Made by a program: the position numbers and the translations under genes. The notes beneath the pieces are model-generated. The model was not told the origin of the DNA and ran no database searches. It worked only from the letters and a program-made list of their open reading frames with translations. From an uncultured Bacillaceae bacterium (lineage in GTDB: Bacteria; Bacillota; Bacilli; Bacillales; Halobacillaceae), in NCBI GenBank assembly GCA_963739045.1, contig CAVTYY010000011.1:76685-140684 (forward strand): 64,000 nt of DNA, in the 5' to 3' direction. Positions 54,645 through 63,862 of this stretch are shown here, piece after piece. Numbering within the stretch: the stretch's first letter is position 1; each line of letters begins with the position of its first letter.

Positions 54645-55635
54645 CTTCTGCCCCCTCTCTAAATTCTTCTAAAACCTGGACAGCCATTTTGTTTCTCAAT
54701 TTACCTGGCTGGATCAAGAATTTTTTCTCCTGATCCACTTTTAGAGTCATCGGCTGATCAATTGCTTGATTCAAATGAATGACATCCTCGGTTTGAAGCC
54801 GCAGAAACTGCTGGATCGACATTTCCGCTTCCCCTAAGATAGCCTTTATGTCCACATGAGCTTTCTTAACCGTTTTGCTGAGCGCTTGATACTCTTCTTC
54901 ATTCCGTTCTTTGGTCTGCTGTTTCTGCATCCAATAATGAACGGAAAGCTTCGGCAGAATAGGTTCAAGTACCACGTGGGGGATACAAAAGTTAATCATG
55001 CCGCTCGTTTCACCTATAGTCGTGTTTAAGGAAACTACTACAACTGTTTCATTAGGAGAAACCATTTGCAGAAATTGAGGGTTCACTTCAAAATCTTCCA
55101 TAATAGGATCGATCTCTACGACAGAGCCCCAGGCTTCCTGGTAATTATCAAGTGCACGCTCAAACAATTGAGACATAATCGTCGTTTCTATTTCGGTTAA
55201 ATTATCAATTTTGTTTACACTACTGCCCTTTCCGCCCAACACCCTGTCCAACATCGCATAAGCGACGTTAGGATTTGTTTCTAACAAAATCCTGCCTTCT
55301 AATGGCGAAACGCTGAAAATATTTAAAATAGTCATCGTTGGAATCGAACGAATGAATTCTTCGTAGGGCAGTTGATCTACAGAAGCAACCGAAATGTTTA
55401 CATATGTACGAAGCTGTGCCGAAAAATAAGTAGTCAGCAACCGCGCGAAATTTTCGTGAATCCGCGACAAACTTCTAATTTGATCCTTCGAAAACCTTAG
55501 AGCACGTTTAAAGTCATACACACGTACTTTCTTTTCATTTTCCTCGACCTTTAAGTCCTCTGCAGCCATTTCCCCAGTAGAAAGAGCAGAAAGCAAGGAA
55601 TCAATTTCACTTTGTGAAAGTACTTCTTCAGCCAA
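54634..55635 (-). CDS. fliM: Flagellar motor switch protein FliM
   Basis: 333 aa. LSQSEIDSLL CheY-P binding N-terminus. Confidence 0.95.
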   Translation of the reverse strand: MAEEVLSQSEIDSLLSALSTGEMAAEDLKVEENEKKVRVYDFKRALRFSKDQIRSLSRIHENFARLLTTYFSAQLRTYVNISVASVDQLPYEEFIRSIPTMTILNIFSVSPLEGRILLETNPNVAYAMLDRVLGGKGSSVNKIDNLTEIETTIMSQLFERALDNYQEAWGSVVEIDPIMEDFEVNPQFLQMVSPNETVVVVSLNTTIGETSGMINFCIPHVVLEPILPKLSVHYWMQKQQTKERNEEEYQALSKTVKKAHVDIKAILGEAEMSIQQFLRLQTEDVIHLNQAIDQPMTLKVDQEKKFLIQPGKLRNKMAVQVLEEFREGAEDDE

Positions 55636-55674
55636 ATAACCTCACCTCCAAGTCAGCATACGACTGACTCACTA

Positions 55675-56106
55675 TTATTGAAGTACTTTTTCCACGGTAT
55701 AAACGTCGGTAACTTTCCCCTTATCCATGAACTCATTTAATTTCAGTTTTACAGTCTCTTCTAAATCATTTAACCCAGATTTAAAAGCTCCAGAATCCAT
55801 CGTTGCAAGGTTCTTCAAAATAATATTCTGCATTTGAAAATCACGTTTCTGCAATTCCTCCAATGCATTCTTGCTGTCAGTGACAATCCTAAAACGAATT
55901 CTTACATAATCTCCATCCTTTAGGTCCGTAGTAATCTCTTCTGTTAAAAGAGAACTGTCACGGATGTCATCAATGGATCTTTCCCCGCTTGCCTCACTAT
56001 CATTTAAATTGATAACTAAGATAAGAGCAACGACTCCAAGGATGGTAATTGTGCCTAAAATAATAAGCATCGTTTTAAACAGTTTAGGTTTCAAAGCTAT
56101 CTTCAC
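55675..56106 (-). CDS. fliL: Flagellar basal-body-associated protein FliL
   Basis: 143 aa with a single TM helix. The start could instead be TTG at 56094, which has better SD spacing. Confidence 0.88.
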   Translation of the reverse strand: MKIALKPKLFKTMLIILGTITILGVVALILVINLNDSEASGERSIDDIRDSSLLTEEITTDLKDGDYVRIRFRIVTDSKNALEELQKRDFQMQNIILKNLATMDSGAFKSGLNDLEETVKLKLNEFMDKGKVTDVYTVEKVLQ

Positions 56107-56308
56107 CTGCCTTATCTACGATTCGTAATAATCCAATTTTTTGATAGAACTGGCGAATGCTTTTAATGACTGCTTCCTCTGGTTCTTTAACTACAAATTT
56201 CCTTCCTTTCGTAGTCGTGATCGTCGTGTCCGGGTGGGATTGAACTTGCTCTATGTATAAAGCATTAAACCAAAATGATTCCCCGTTCAGCCTCGTTAAG
56301 CAGATCAT
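56084..56308 (-). CDS. flbD: Flagellar protein FlbD
   Basis: 74 aa. [21 protein letters not shown]. Confidence 0.9.
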   Translation of the reverse strand: MICLTRLNGESFWFNALYIEQVQSHPDTTITTTKGRKFVVKEPEEAVIKSIRQFYQKIGLLRIVDKAGEDSFET

Positions 56309-56359
56309 TGAATGTCAGGAGTGTTCTTTATGAAAAGAACACTCCTTTTCCCCCTTTAA

Positions 56360-57265
56360 TTATCGTTTCAAATTCACCAGTTCCTGCAGTATTTCGTCAG
56401 AAGTCGTAATAATCCGTGTGTTTGCCTGGAAACCACGCTGTGCAGTAATCATTTCAGTGAAGGAGTCGGCTAAATCTACGTTGGACATTTCTAATGCACC
56501 TGAAACCATTTGACCGGTTCCATCTTCTCCAGCTACGATCAAATCGCCTAAGTCATTAAATCCCCCATTTCCATCATCGGAAAGGCCAGCGTTATTTGTA
56601 TTTCTAAAAGTATTGCTGCCGGCTTTTTGAAGGCCGCCCGGATTTGAGAATTTGGCTAATTGGATTTGTCCGGCAACCTTTGGATTTCCAGTTTCATCTA
56701 CAAAGTTGACTGTGCCATCCGTTTGGATACTAAAGCTTTGAGCATTATCTGGAATTTTAGTTATTGGACCAGTTACGATTTCCATTTGCTACTGTCGGGT
56801 TTGCCAATTAAATATTTTCCATCTCCATTGACAATTGCACCATCGCTATCTAAATAGAAATTTCCTGCTCTTGTAAAACTCAAATTAATATTTTGCAGAT
56901 CACCAATCTTTCTGGCCGGGTTGCAATTCATTTCCTGGGGTACCTTCTCCCAAGACAAACATTCCATCCCCTTCAAGGGATAAGTCAAGCGGACGATTGG
57001 TCGTTTGTCGGTTTCCTTGGGTATGAATCGTATCAACGGATCCGATTTGTGAACCAAGCCCTATTTGAGAAGGGTTGATCCCGCCGCGTGTATTATTAAT
57101 TGGTCCCTGAGCGCCGGACATCGATTGACTCATCGTATCTTGAAAAGTAACCCTGCCTTTTTTGTATCCATAAGTATTGACGTTTGCGATATTATTACCG
57201 ATCGTATCTAATTTAGCTTGGAAACCTTTCATTCCAGAAATTCCTGAGTACATTGAACGTAGCAT
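56360..57265 (-). pseudogene. flgE: Flagellar hook protein FlgE, interrupted by two frameshifts as sequenced
   Basis: Piece 1 (57265 to 56900): MLRSMYSGISGMKGFQAKLDTIGNNIANVNT..., ending at TGA 56900-56902. Piece 2, in the +1 frame (ORF 56773..57057), carries the conserved FTRAGNFYLDSDGAIVNGDG core. Piece 3 (56785 to 56360) returns to the first frame and ends ...EMITAQRGFQANTRIITTSDEILQELVNLKR. Confidence 0.9.
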
Positions 57266-57349
57266 TAAGCTCACATTCCTTCCCAACTAGTATTTTTTAA
57301 GCTGCTTCAATCCTTCCACAGCTTTATTGGCTTCCCTTCAGGGTCCAGC

Positions 57350-57715
57350 CTAATCTCCCATAACAATCGTGCCATTAATGTTCGTAAAAATATGAGAATT
57401 TGCATCTTCCCGCGACATCGCAGTTACTACCGTATTATTTTTTGTACTTACTACTAAAGTAGCGTCATTCATAACGACTAGTGAATCCGTGACTCCTTTG
57501 GACCGTGCATCTGCCATTTTTGATGAAATTTGCTGCCATTTTGAGTCACTAATATGAATGTTACGGTCCTCTAGCCTTTGTCTGGCATGTTTACTTACAT
57601 TCAACTGTTTTGTAGTTTCCATAACTTCCTGAAAAGAAACGGATTTATTTTTCGTTGATTGTTTTCCAGTAAACGAAGGTAAAGGCTGATGCAAATGATG
57701 TATTCTTGTGTTCAT
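57350..57715 (-). CDS. Small conserved flagellar-operon protein of unknown function (family found between flgD and flgE in many Firmicutes)
   Basis: 121 aa, soluble. Located between flgD and flgE. I recall it as the flg_new flagellar operon protein family. B. subtilis has no gene at this position. Confidence 0.7.
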   Translation of the reverse strand: MNTRIHHLHQPLPSFTGKQSTKNKSVSFQEVMETTKQLNVSKHARQRLEDRNIHISDSKWQQISSKMADARSKGVTDSLVVMNDATLVVSTKNNTVVTAMSREDANSHIFTNINGTIVMGD

Positions 57716-57733
57716 AGTCGTGCCTTCCTTCTA

Positions 57734-58183
57734 TTAATCTTCTTCATTACTAACTTTCGTAATCTCTGCTACTGCTACGGAAGAACCGTCTTCAAGTACC
57801 AGGTTTGTTTGTCCATTCGACTGGCTTACGGCTTTAACCATGCCTTCTGCCTGATGGTCAACCATACCGGTTTCTTCATTTCTTACAGGGTAAGTCACTT
57901 GTTTTCCAATAAGACTGCTGTATTGAACAACTGGCGTTCTGTTTTGACTGTTCATATAGTTCTGGAAAGATTCAGACATGTTTGTCATTTGCTCTAAACT
58001 GGAAAACTGCGTCATTTGGGAAACGAACTCTTTATCTTTCATCGGGTCTAACGGGTTTTGATTTTGCAGCTGGGCCATTAATATTTTTAAAAAGTCATCT
58101 TTTCCGAGTGTACCGTTAGAAGCGGTTTTCGGCTGCTGATTTTTCAAATAGAAAGTTGGATCAATTTTCGTCATGGTGTTCAC
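57734..58183 (-). CDS. flgD: Flagellar hook assembly/capping protein FlgD
   Basis: 149 aa. DKEFVSQMTQFSSLEQ motif. Confidence 0.93.
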   Translation of the reverse strand: MNTMTKIDPTFYLKNQQPKTASNGTLGKDDFLKILMAQLQNQNPLDPMKDKEFVSQMTQFSSLEQMTNMSESFQNYMNSQNRTPVVQYSSLIGKQVTYPVRNEETGMVDHQAEGMVKAVSQSNGQTNLVLEDGSSVAVAEITKVSNEED

Positions 58184-59701
58184 CTACACTTTCTCGTTCA
58201 TCAGAATTTCCTGAAATGACAGATCTTCTGTTTGATTGCTTTGAGTTTGCTCGTCCTCCGGCTGATTTGATTCCTGTTCTTGGGATTGCTCAAAGCCTCC
58301 ATTTTCCTGCTGGTCGTCCGTATAGTAAGCTTGAGAACCTACCGGCTGGTCATTCTTTTCAATAAGGACATGCTGTGGTGAAAACATGTGCCGCAACTGC
58401 TGAATGTTACTGTCCAGCATGTCTTTAGCCGCTTGGTTACTGACCATAATTTTCACCATCATTTCACCGTTAAGCTTAGTTAAGTTGATGGTCATATCTC
58501 CAAGATTAGATGGCTTTAATTTTATCTGCAGCTGCATATCCCCTGATCTTGATGTAAAGAGCTTGCTCGATTCGATCACTCGTTCAAATTTTTGGATGAA
58601 TTCTTGTTGAGAACTGGCCGCTGGTTGTTTTTGATTTACATGAATGGTAAATTGCTCAATTTTCGACATGGGCATAGAAGAGGCTGATAAGGTAGTTTGT
58701 CCTGAAGCCTTAGTACTCTCCGCTTTGCTCGCATCCAGCTTTTCTATCGTCTGAACCATCCATTTCGCTACTTCTCTGCCGTTTATAGGTGTTTGATTAT
58801 GGTATGTAGCAGGCAGGGCTGCCCGGTTTTGGAAAGTCTTCACTAAATGGGCGAATAGTTGACGCTGGACAGGCGTTCCTTGTTCTGTTACTTTATTCCA
58901 GATTTCCTGAAAAATCTGCTTGCTGTCCCCTCGTTGATTACTATTTAATTTGAGCCAATCTTTTAGCACGTCTTTGACAATAATCGCATCCTTAACAGGT
59001 AAAGACTGGAGATTAACCTTACCGTCCTTAGACTTTTTCCCAGTCTGTGATTGGATAAAGTCCTCACTGTTTTCCATAAAGGAAGACCACAATTTTTGCA
59101 ATTTCTTTTCCAGTGGTGCCGTTTCGAGCTGGTCAAGCTTTACCGGGTTAGCATTATTTACAGATGCAATTCCATTCTTGCTGACAGTCAAGGCAATCGT
59201 AGGTTTTTCTTGAACTTCAAAGTATGGAAGAATTTCCAATAATACTTCCGTCAGCTGGTGCTTCTCCTCTTGATTCAAACCCTTTTCATCCTCATGATTA
59301 ATGTCAGCTAACAGCTGTTTTATTTTAATTACTAATGAAGACGGGTGGCTGGAACTATTCTCCTCATGATTAGCTGTAAGGGGCTGATCTGTTTTTCCTT
59401 CGGTTTCATTCGCCGAATCCTTCTGTTTTTCTGTTTCGCTTTGTATTCCGCTCCCCAATCCATTCAGACTCATTCCCAGTTTATCTAACAGCTGTTTAAG
59501 CTGAGTTAATAAACGCGGAAAAGAGTGAGGATCCGCTGACAGCACTTGCGAAGCAGTATCATTTTCAGCGGAGGGCGCTGCTATGTTTGATAACAGATTT
59601 TTAAAATTATTCGTTGTTCCCTGCGTCTGGCTGGTGTTTACACTTCCAGTTATAGGGTTATGTGGAGCAGACGAAAGCAATAGAGTTAACGGGTTTCCCA
59701 A
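58184..59701 (-). CDS. fliK: Flagellar hook-length control protein FliK
   Basis: Q/S/N-rich protein with C-terminal FliK domain (IKLKPSNLGDMTINL). TTG at 59701 lies 7 nt after AAAGGAGGTG. The ORF-track start lies upstream of the SD sequence. Confidence 0.88.
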   Translation of the reverse strand: MGNPLTLLLSSAPHNPITGSVNTSQTQGTTNNFKNLLSNIAAPSAENDTASQVLSADPHSFPRLLTQLKQLLDKLGMSLNGLGSGIQSETEKQKDSANETEGKTDQPLTANHEENSSSHPSSLVIKIKQLLADINHEDEKGLNQEEKHQLTEVLLEILPYFEVQEKPTIALTVSKNGIASVNNANPVKLDQLETAPLEKKLQKLWSSFMENSEDFIQSQTGKKSKDGKVNLQSLPVKDAIIVKDVLKDWLKLNSNQRGDSKQIFQEIWNKVTEQGTPVQRQLFAHLVKTFQNRAALPATYHNQTPINGREVAKWMVQTIEKLDASKAESTKASGQTTLSASSMPMSKIEQFTIHVNQKQPAASSQQEFIQKFERVIESSKLFTSRSGDMQLQIKLKPSNLGDMTINLTKLNGEMMVKIMVSNQAAKDMLDSNIQQLRHMFSPQHVLIEKNDQPVGSQAYYTDDQQENGGFEQSQEQESNQPEDEQTQSNQTEDLSFQEILMNEKV

Positions 59702-59734
59702 TTTTTCACCTCCTTTCAAAGATTTCCTTTCATT

Positions 59735-60310
59735 CTACTGGCTGTTGCCAGCAAGCAAAGAATTAGTTATCGATGCGGCTGCATCAGGATTCATTTCCCC
59801 TAAAATTTTTCCCCTTTGCTCGCTTGGAACCTTCTCGAGTACTTGAATAGCAAGATTCTTGTCCATCTTTTCGATTATAGGAGCAGCAGATTTCTCATCC
59901 ATTTCTTGAAAAGACTGGGCAACCTCTTTAATAGTACTGGTTTTATCTTTTTTTGATTCTTTAGCAGAGTCTAATTCAGATTCAAGCTTTTCCACCTGCT
60001 GATTTAATCCGTCAATTTCTGCTTGCTTGCCATCTATCTCTTGTTTTAGCTGGGCTACCTTATCCTTGCTTGAGGTAAGGGATGACTTCAGCTGTTGTGT
60101 TTTTCTCGTATTATCAGCTTCATCTGCAGTTGTCACTACATTAGAGATCCCAGGAATCTTGTTGCCGATTTTTCCAGCGTAATCGAAAACATCTACCCCT
60201 CTGATGGTGAGGATAATTAAGACCACAGTTATTGCAAATATAAACGGAACGACAATGATGAAAAAGAAGCTTTGCAGTTTACTACCTTTATTTTGATCTT
60301 GTTTTGCCAT
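59735..60310 (-). CDS. ylxF: YlxF/MotE-like flagellar protein (N-terminal TM helix, coiled coil, MgtE-N-like tail)
   Basis: 191 aa, between fliJ and fliK as in B. subtilis ylxF. Confidence 0.8.
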   Translation of the reverse strand: MAKQDQNKGSKLQSFFFIIVVPFIFAITVVLIILTIRGVDVFDYAGKIGNKIPGISNVVTTADEADNTRKTQQLKSSLTSSKDKVAQLKQEIDGKQAEIDGLNQQVEKLESELDSAKESKKDKTSTIKEVAQSFQEMDEKSAAPIIEKMDKNLAIQVLEKVPSEQRGKILGEMNPDAAASITNSLLAGNSQ

Positions 60311-60314
60311 GCCA

Positions 60315-60764
60315 TCACCTATTTTTGTAATTTAAGAATTGCTGCATTGATAATTCATCCATTTGCTTATTCTCTTCTGACTTTAACCACTTTTCCTTCC
60401 TTTCCAATTTCGCGTCAATCAGCATTTGGAATTTCTTCACTTCTACATGAGCGTTCGTAAGTTTTTCCTGTGCCGCTTCCATATGGTTCCTCGCTTCTTG
60501 AACTTTAGGCTGTAGGGCATCTACTGTCTGATCCAATCTCTCTATGTAGTGCTGGTGCTGGATAAAAGAACTCGCATTTACTTTAGAGCGGCCAATCATT
60601 CCTTGAAACTTAGCTTCAGCCTGCTCTTTTTCATCTAATAAATGAAAAAGTTTCGTTGCTACTTCTTCAAAGGACTCTACAGAATTTTGATAGGTTTTCA
60701 TTTCAGCTTGCTTATCCCGTTCACGCAGTTCTTTTATTTTCTGAAAGGAATTAATACTAGCCAA
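60315..60764 (-). CDS. fliJ: Flagellar export chaperone/stalk protein FliJ
   Basis: 149-aa coiled-coil protein located directly after fliI. Confidence 0.9.
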   Translation of the reverse strand: MASINSFQKIKELRERDKQAEMKTYQNSVESFEEVATKLFHLLDEKEQAEAKFQGMIGRSKVNASSFIQHQHYIERLDQTVDALQPKVQEARNHMEAAQEKLTNAHVEVKKFQMLIDAKLERKEKWLKSEENKQMDELSMQQFLNYKNR

Positions 60765-60776
60765 TGTTCATCACTC

Positions 60777-62084
60777 CTAGGTGAATAATTGAGAGAGAGC
60801 AGTCCGAGATTGTTCGAAACTAGAAGGTTCATGAACCCCTTGCTTTAATAAGCTGATAATAGGAGGGTGATGCTGGATAGCATCATCAATCTTTTTGCTG
60901 CTTCCTTTTTTGTAAGCTCCTATTTGAATAAGTTCATTATTCTCTTCATATGTAGCCAGCAGTGCTCGAAGTTCGTCTGCAGACTGGCTATGTTCTTTGG
61001 TTACGATTTGTTTCATGACCCGGCTAATCGATTTTAAAATATTAATTGCCGGAAACTGACCTTGTTCAGCAAGTTTACGATCCAGCACAAAGTGTCCATC
61101 CAATATGCCTCTTACCGTATCAGAGATCGGTTCATTCAAATCGTCTCCGTCAACGAGTACCGTATAAAATGCGGTAATCGTTCCAAGCTTACTCGTACCT
61201 GTTCGTTCTAAAAGCTTTGGCAAAACAGCAAATACGGAAGGAGTGTACCCTTTAGTCGTCGGAGGTTCCCCAGTAGCAAGCCCTATTTCACGCTGTGCCA
61301 TAGCTACCCTGGTAACTGAATCCATCATGAGGTTAACGTCATATCCCTGTTCCCTGAAATATTCACTCACTGCCGTTGCCGTATAGGCACCTTTCATTCT
61401 CATCAGCGCAGGCTGATCAGAGGTTGCTACCACCACTACTGATTTTCTCAGCCCTTCTTCTCCAAGGTCATTTTCAATAAATTCCCTTACTTCACGGCCT
61501 CTCTCCCCAATGAGAGCAATGACGTTAATGTCTGCTGAACTGTTTCGCGCGATCATGCCCATCAGTGTGCTCTTGCCAACACCGCTCCCTGCAAATATGC
61601 CTATCCGCTGTCCTTTTCCTACTGTCAGGAGGCTATCGATGGCCCTTACTCCTACTTGAATTGGTTCCTTTATCGTAGGCCGTGAAAGGGGGCTTGGCGG
61701 CTGTTTGTCTGTAGGAATAGGTTTCAACCCTTTCGGTAAGCTGGTTTCATCCATAGGGCTTCCCATAGCATCAATGACTCTGCCTACTAAACCAATCCCT
61801 GCCTTAATTTGTAAAGGCTCGCCAGTCCCTTCCACTAAGCTTCCCGGCTTAATATCAGTAATTTCCTTGTAAGGCATAAGCAGCACGTTTTCATGATTAA
61901 ATCCTACAACTTCTGCGGAAATGATTGATTCTTTATTAGAAGGGGTATGGATATAACAAACATCTCCAATCGATGCTTCAGGTCCTTTTGATTCAATCAT
62001 TAACCCAACAACTCTATGGATCTTTCCATATCTTTTATAGGGATCTACTCGGTCGATAGCATCTAAGTAAAGCTGTTTATTCAT
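60777..62084 (-). CDS. fliI: Flagellum-specific ATPase FliI
   Basis: 435 aa. Walker A GSGVGKST, F1/T3SS ATPase fold. Confidence 0.97.
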   Translation of the reverse strand: MNKQLYLDAIDRVDPYKRYGKIHRVVGLMIESKGPEASIGDVCYIHTPSNKESIISAEVVGFNHENVLLMPYKEITDIKPGSLVEGTGEPLQIKAGIGLVGRVIDAMGSPMDETSLPKGLKPIPTDKQPPSPLSRPTIKEPIQVGVRAIDSLLTVGKGQRIGIFAGSGVGKSTLMGMIARNSSADINVIALIGERGREVREFIENDLGEEGLRKSVVVVATSDQPALMRMKGAYTATAVSEYFREQGYDVNLMMDSVTRVAMAQREIGLATGEPPTTKGYTPSVFAVLPKLLERTGTSKLGTITAFYTVLVDGDDLNEPISDTVRGILDGHFVLDRKLAEQGQFPAINILKSISRVMKQIVTKEHSQSADELRALLATYEENNELIQIGAYKKGSSKKIDDAIQHHPPIISLLKQGVHEPSSFEQSRTALSQLFT

Positions 62085-62853
62085 CCGGCCGTTCCTCCTG
62101 AGCTAGATCTGTTAGTCTCTCTCTTATTTCATTTAATTGACTGTCTATCCCCGCTTCTATTCTTCCAAATGGGGATTCAATCGTACAATCGTACAAGGAG
62201 AGCGACTCTCTCATATAGACGGTTAACCTTGATCTAGAATCGATCACGGCATTTAATTCACTCGTTAAAGATTGGATAAATGGATACTGGTCTGGATTCA
62301 CAAATACGCTGATCTCAGGCTGATCATGAACTTCTTTGATAACCTCTTTCACTATATTTGCAAAAATCTGCGGGTCAGATTCAATAGTTTTATGTAGGAT
62401 TTTTTCTGAGCTTTTTACCGCAATCTCGATAATTTCCTCTTCACTTGAATCCAGAACCTCATGATAGTTTTCATCGGCCTTTTTAATTAGAGAATTTGCC
62501 TGCTGAATCAAATCATTGTATTGCTGATATCCCTCGGTTTTACCTGCTTCGAACCCATCCTTGTACCCTTTTTCTTTTGCTTCAGCTATGCGGATTTCCT
62601 TCTCCTCCAGCCACATCTTTTTTTCCTGCTGCAGCTTTCGTCTGCTCTCCGTTAAGATTTTTTCCGCCTCGCTTTTTGCCTTCTCAAGTTCTGCCTCCGC
62701 CTGCTGATACGTAAGTTGGGCTTGCTCCCTCAGCCGTTCCTCTGACTGAGCGTCTCTTTTGGATGGGTTGCTTTCCTTAAGAGCGATTGGCTTAATCTTA
62801 ATCACTTTGGACGGAATAGAAGTATCCGAAGATAAATTAGACAATAATGTCAT
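62077..62853 (-). CDS. fliH: Flagellar assembly protein FliH
   Basis: K/E-rich coiled coil plus FliH C-terminal domain. Start uncertain: ATG at 62853 (MTLLSN, overlaps the fliG end) or 62889. Confidence 0.88.
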   Translation of the reverse strand: MTLLSNLSSDTSIPSKVIKIKPIALKESNPSKRDAQSEERLREQAQLTYQQAEAELEKAKSEAEKILTESRRKLQQEKKMWLEEKEIRIAEAKEKGYKDGFEAGKTEGYQQYNDLIQQANSLIKKADENYHEVLDSSEEEIIEIAVKSSEKILHKTIESDPQIFANIVKEVIKEVHDQPEISVFVNPDQYPFIQSLTSELNAVIDSRSRLTVYMRESLSLYDCTIESPFGRIEAGIDSQLNEIRERLTDLAQEERPDE

Positions 62854-63850
62854 CTCCTCCACCACGTGCCACAACAATTTCGCCAACATCTTCTAATCTT
62901 CTTATTGCTGTAACAACCCTCGTCTGAGCTTCTTCTACATCTCTCAGTCTAACCGGCCCCATGACTTCCATTTCCTCCTGGAAGGTTTCGGACATGCGCT
63001 GAGACATGTTATTGAACACAAGATCTTTTACTTCGTCACTGGAGACTTTAAGCGAAAGACGTAAATCCTCATTTTCAACTTCTCTTATTACTCGCTGGAT
63101 CGCTCGATTATCAAGAGTTACGATATCCTCAAATACAAACATGCGTTTCTTGATTTCTTCCGCGAGTTCGGGATCCTGGATTTCAAGCGAATCAAGGATC
63201 GTTCGCTCAGTACTTCTGTCTACTCCATTCAAAACCTCAACAACTGCCTGGATTCCTCCGGTCTCGGTATAATCCTGAGTCACTGTTGTTGAAAGCTTCT
63301 TCTCTAAGATCTGTTCCACTTGGCTGATGATCTCTGGCGATGTAGAATCCATCGTGGCAATTCTTCTCGCTATATCCGCCTGCAATTCCTGCGGCAATTC
63401 TGATAATATTTGTCCAGACTGGGCAGCATCCAAATAGGATAATACAAGCGCAATAGTTTGAGGATGTTCATTTTGGATAAAATTAAGAATTTGTCCGGGG
63501 TCTGCTCTCCGGGCAAAATCAAAGGGTTTCACCTGCAGAGAAGAAGTCAGCCTCCCGATAATATTGGTCGCTTCTTCTGAACCGACCGCTTTCTCCAAGA
63601 CGGTTCTAGCGTAACCGATCCCTCCCTGAGAGATGTAATCCTGAGCCACAGCAATCTGGTGAAATTGTTCGAGTATTTCTTCTTTTTCTTTGGAGTTAAC
63701 CTTCTGCACCGATGAAATTTCCAGTGTTAACCTTTCCATTTCTTCTTCGCTCAAGTGCTGATAAACTTGAGCGGCTACATCAGGTCCAAGAGAAATCAGC
63801 AGAACAGCAGCTTTCTGCTTTCCTGACAATCCCGTTTTCTGATAGGCCAT
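62837..63850 (-). CDS. fliG: Flagellar motor switch protein FliG
   Basis: 337 aa. Conserved C-terminal torque-helix region (MSQRMSETFQEEM). Confidence 0.96.
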   Translation of the reverse strand: MAYQKTGLSGKQKAAVLLISLGPDVAAQVYQHLSEEEMERLTLEISSVQKVNSKEKEEILEQFHQIAVAQDYISQGGIGYARTVLEKAVGSEEATNIIGRLTSSLQVKPFDFARRADPGQILNFIQNEHPQTIALVLSYLDAAQSGQILSELPQELQADIARRIATMDSTSPEIISQVEQILEKKLSTTVTQDYTETGGIQAVVEVLNGVDRSTERTILDSLEIQDPELAEEIKKRMFVFEDIVTLDNRAIQRVIREVENEDLRLSLKVSSDEVKDLVFNNMSQRMSETFQEEMEVMGPVRLRDVEEAQTRVVTAIRRLEDVGEIVVARGGGDDIIV

Positions 63851-63862
63851 TAGAAGCCCCCC

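Noticed and set aside
56773-57057. 94-aa ORF as an independent gene between the flgE fragments.
   Set aside because: Its C-terminal half is the conserved hook core (TRAGNFYLD...), so it is the middle of flgE read in a shifted frame. Its N-terminal half is an out-of-frame translation of the flgE 5' part.
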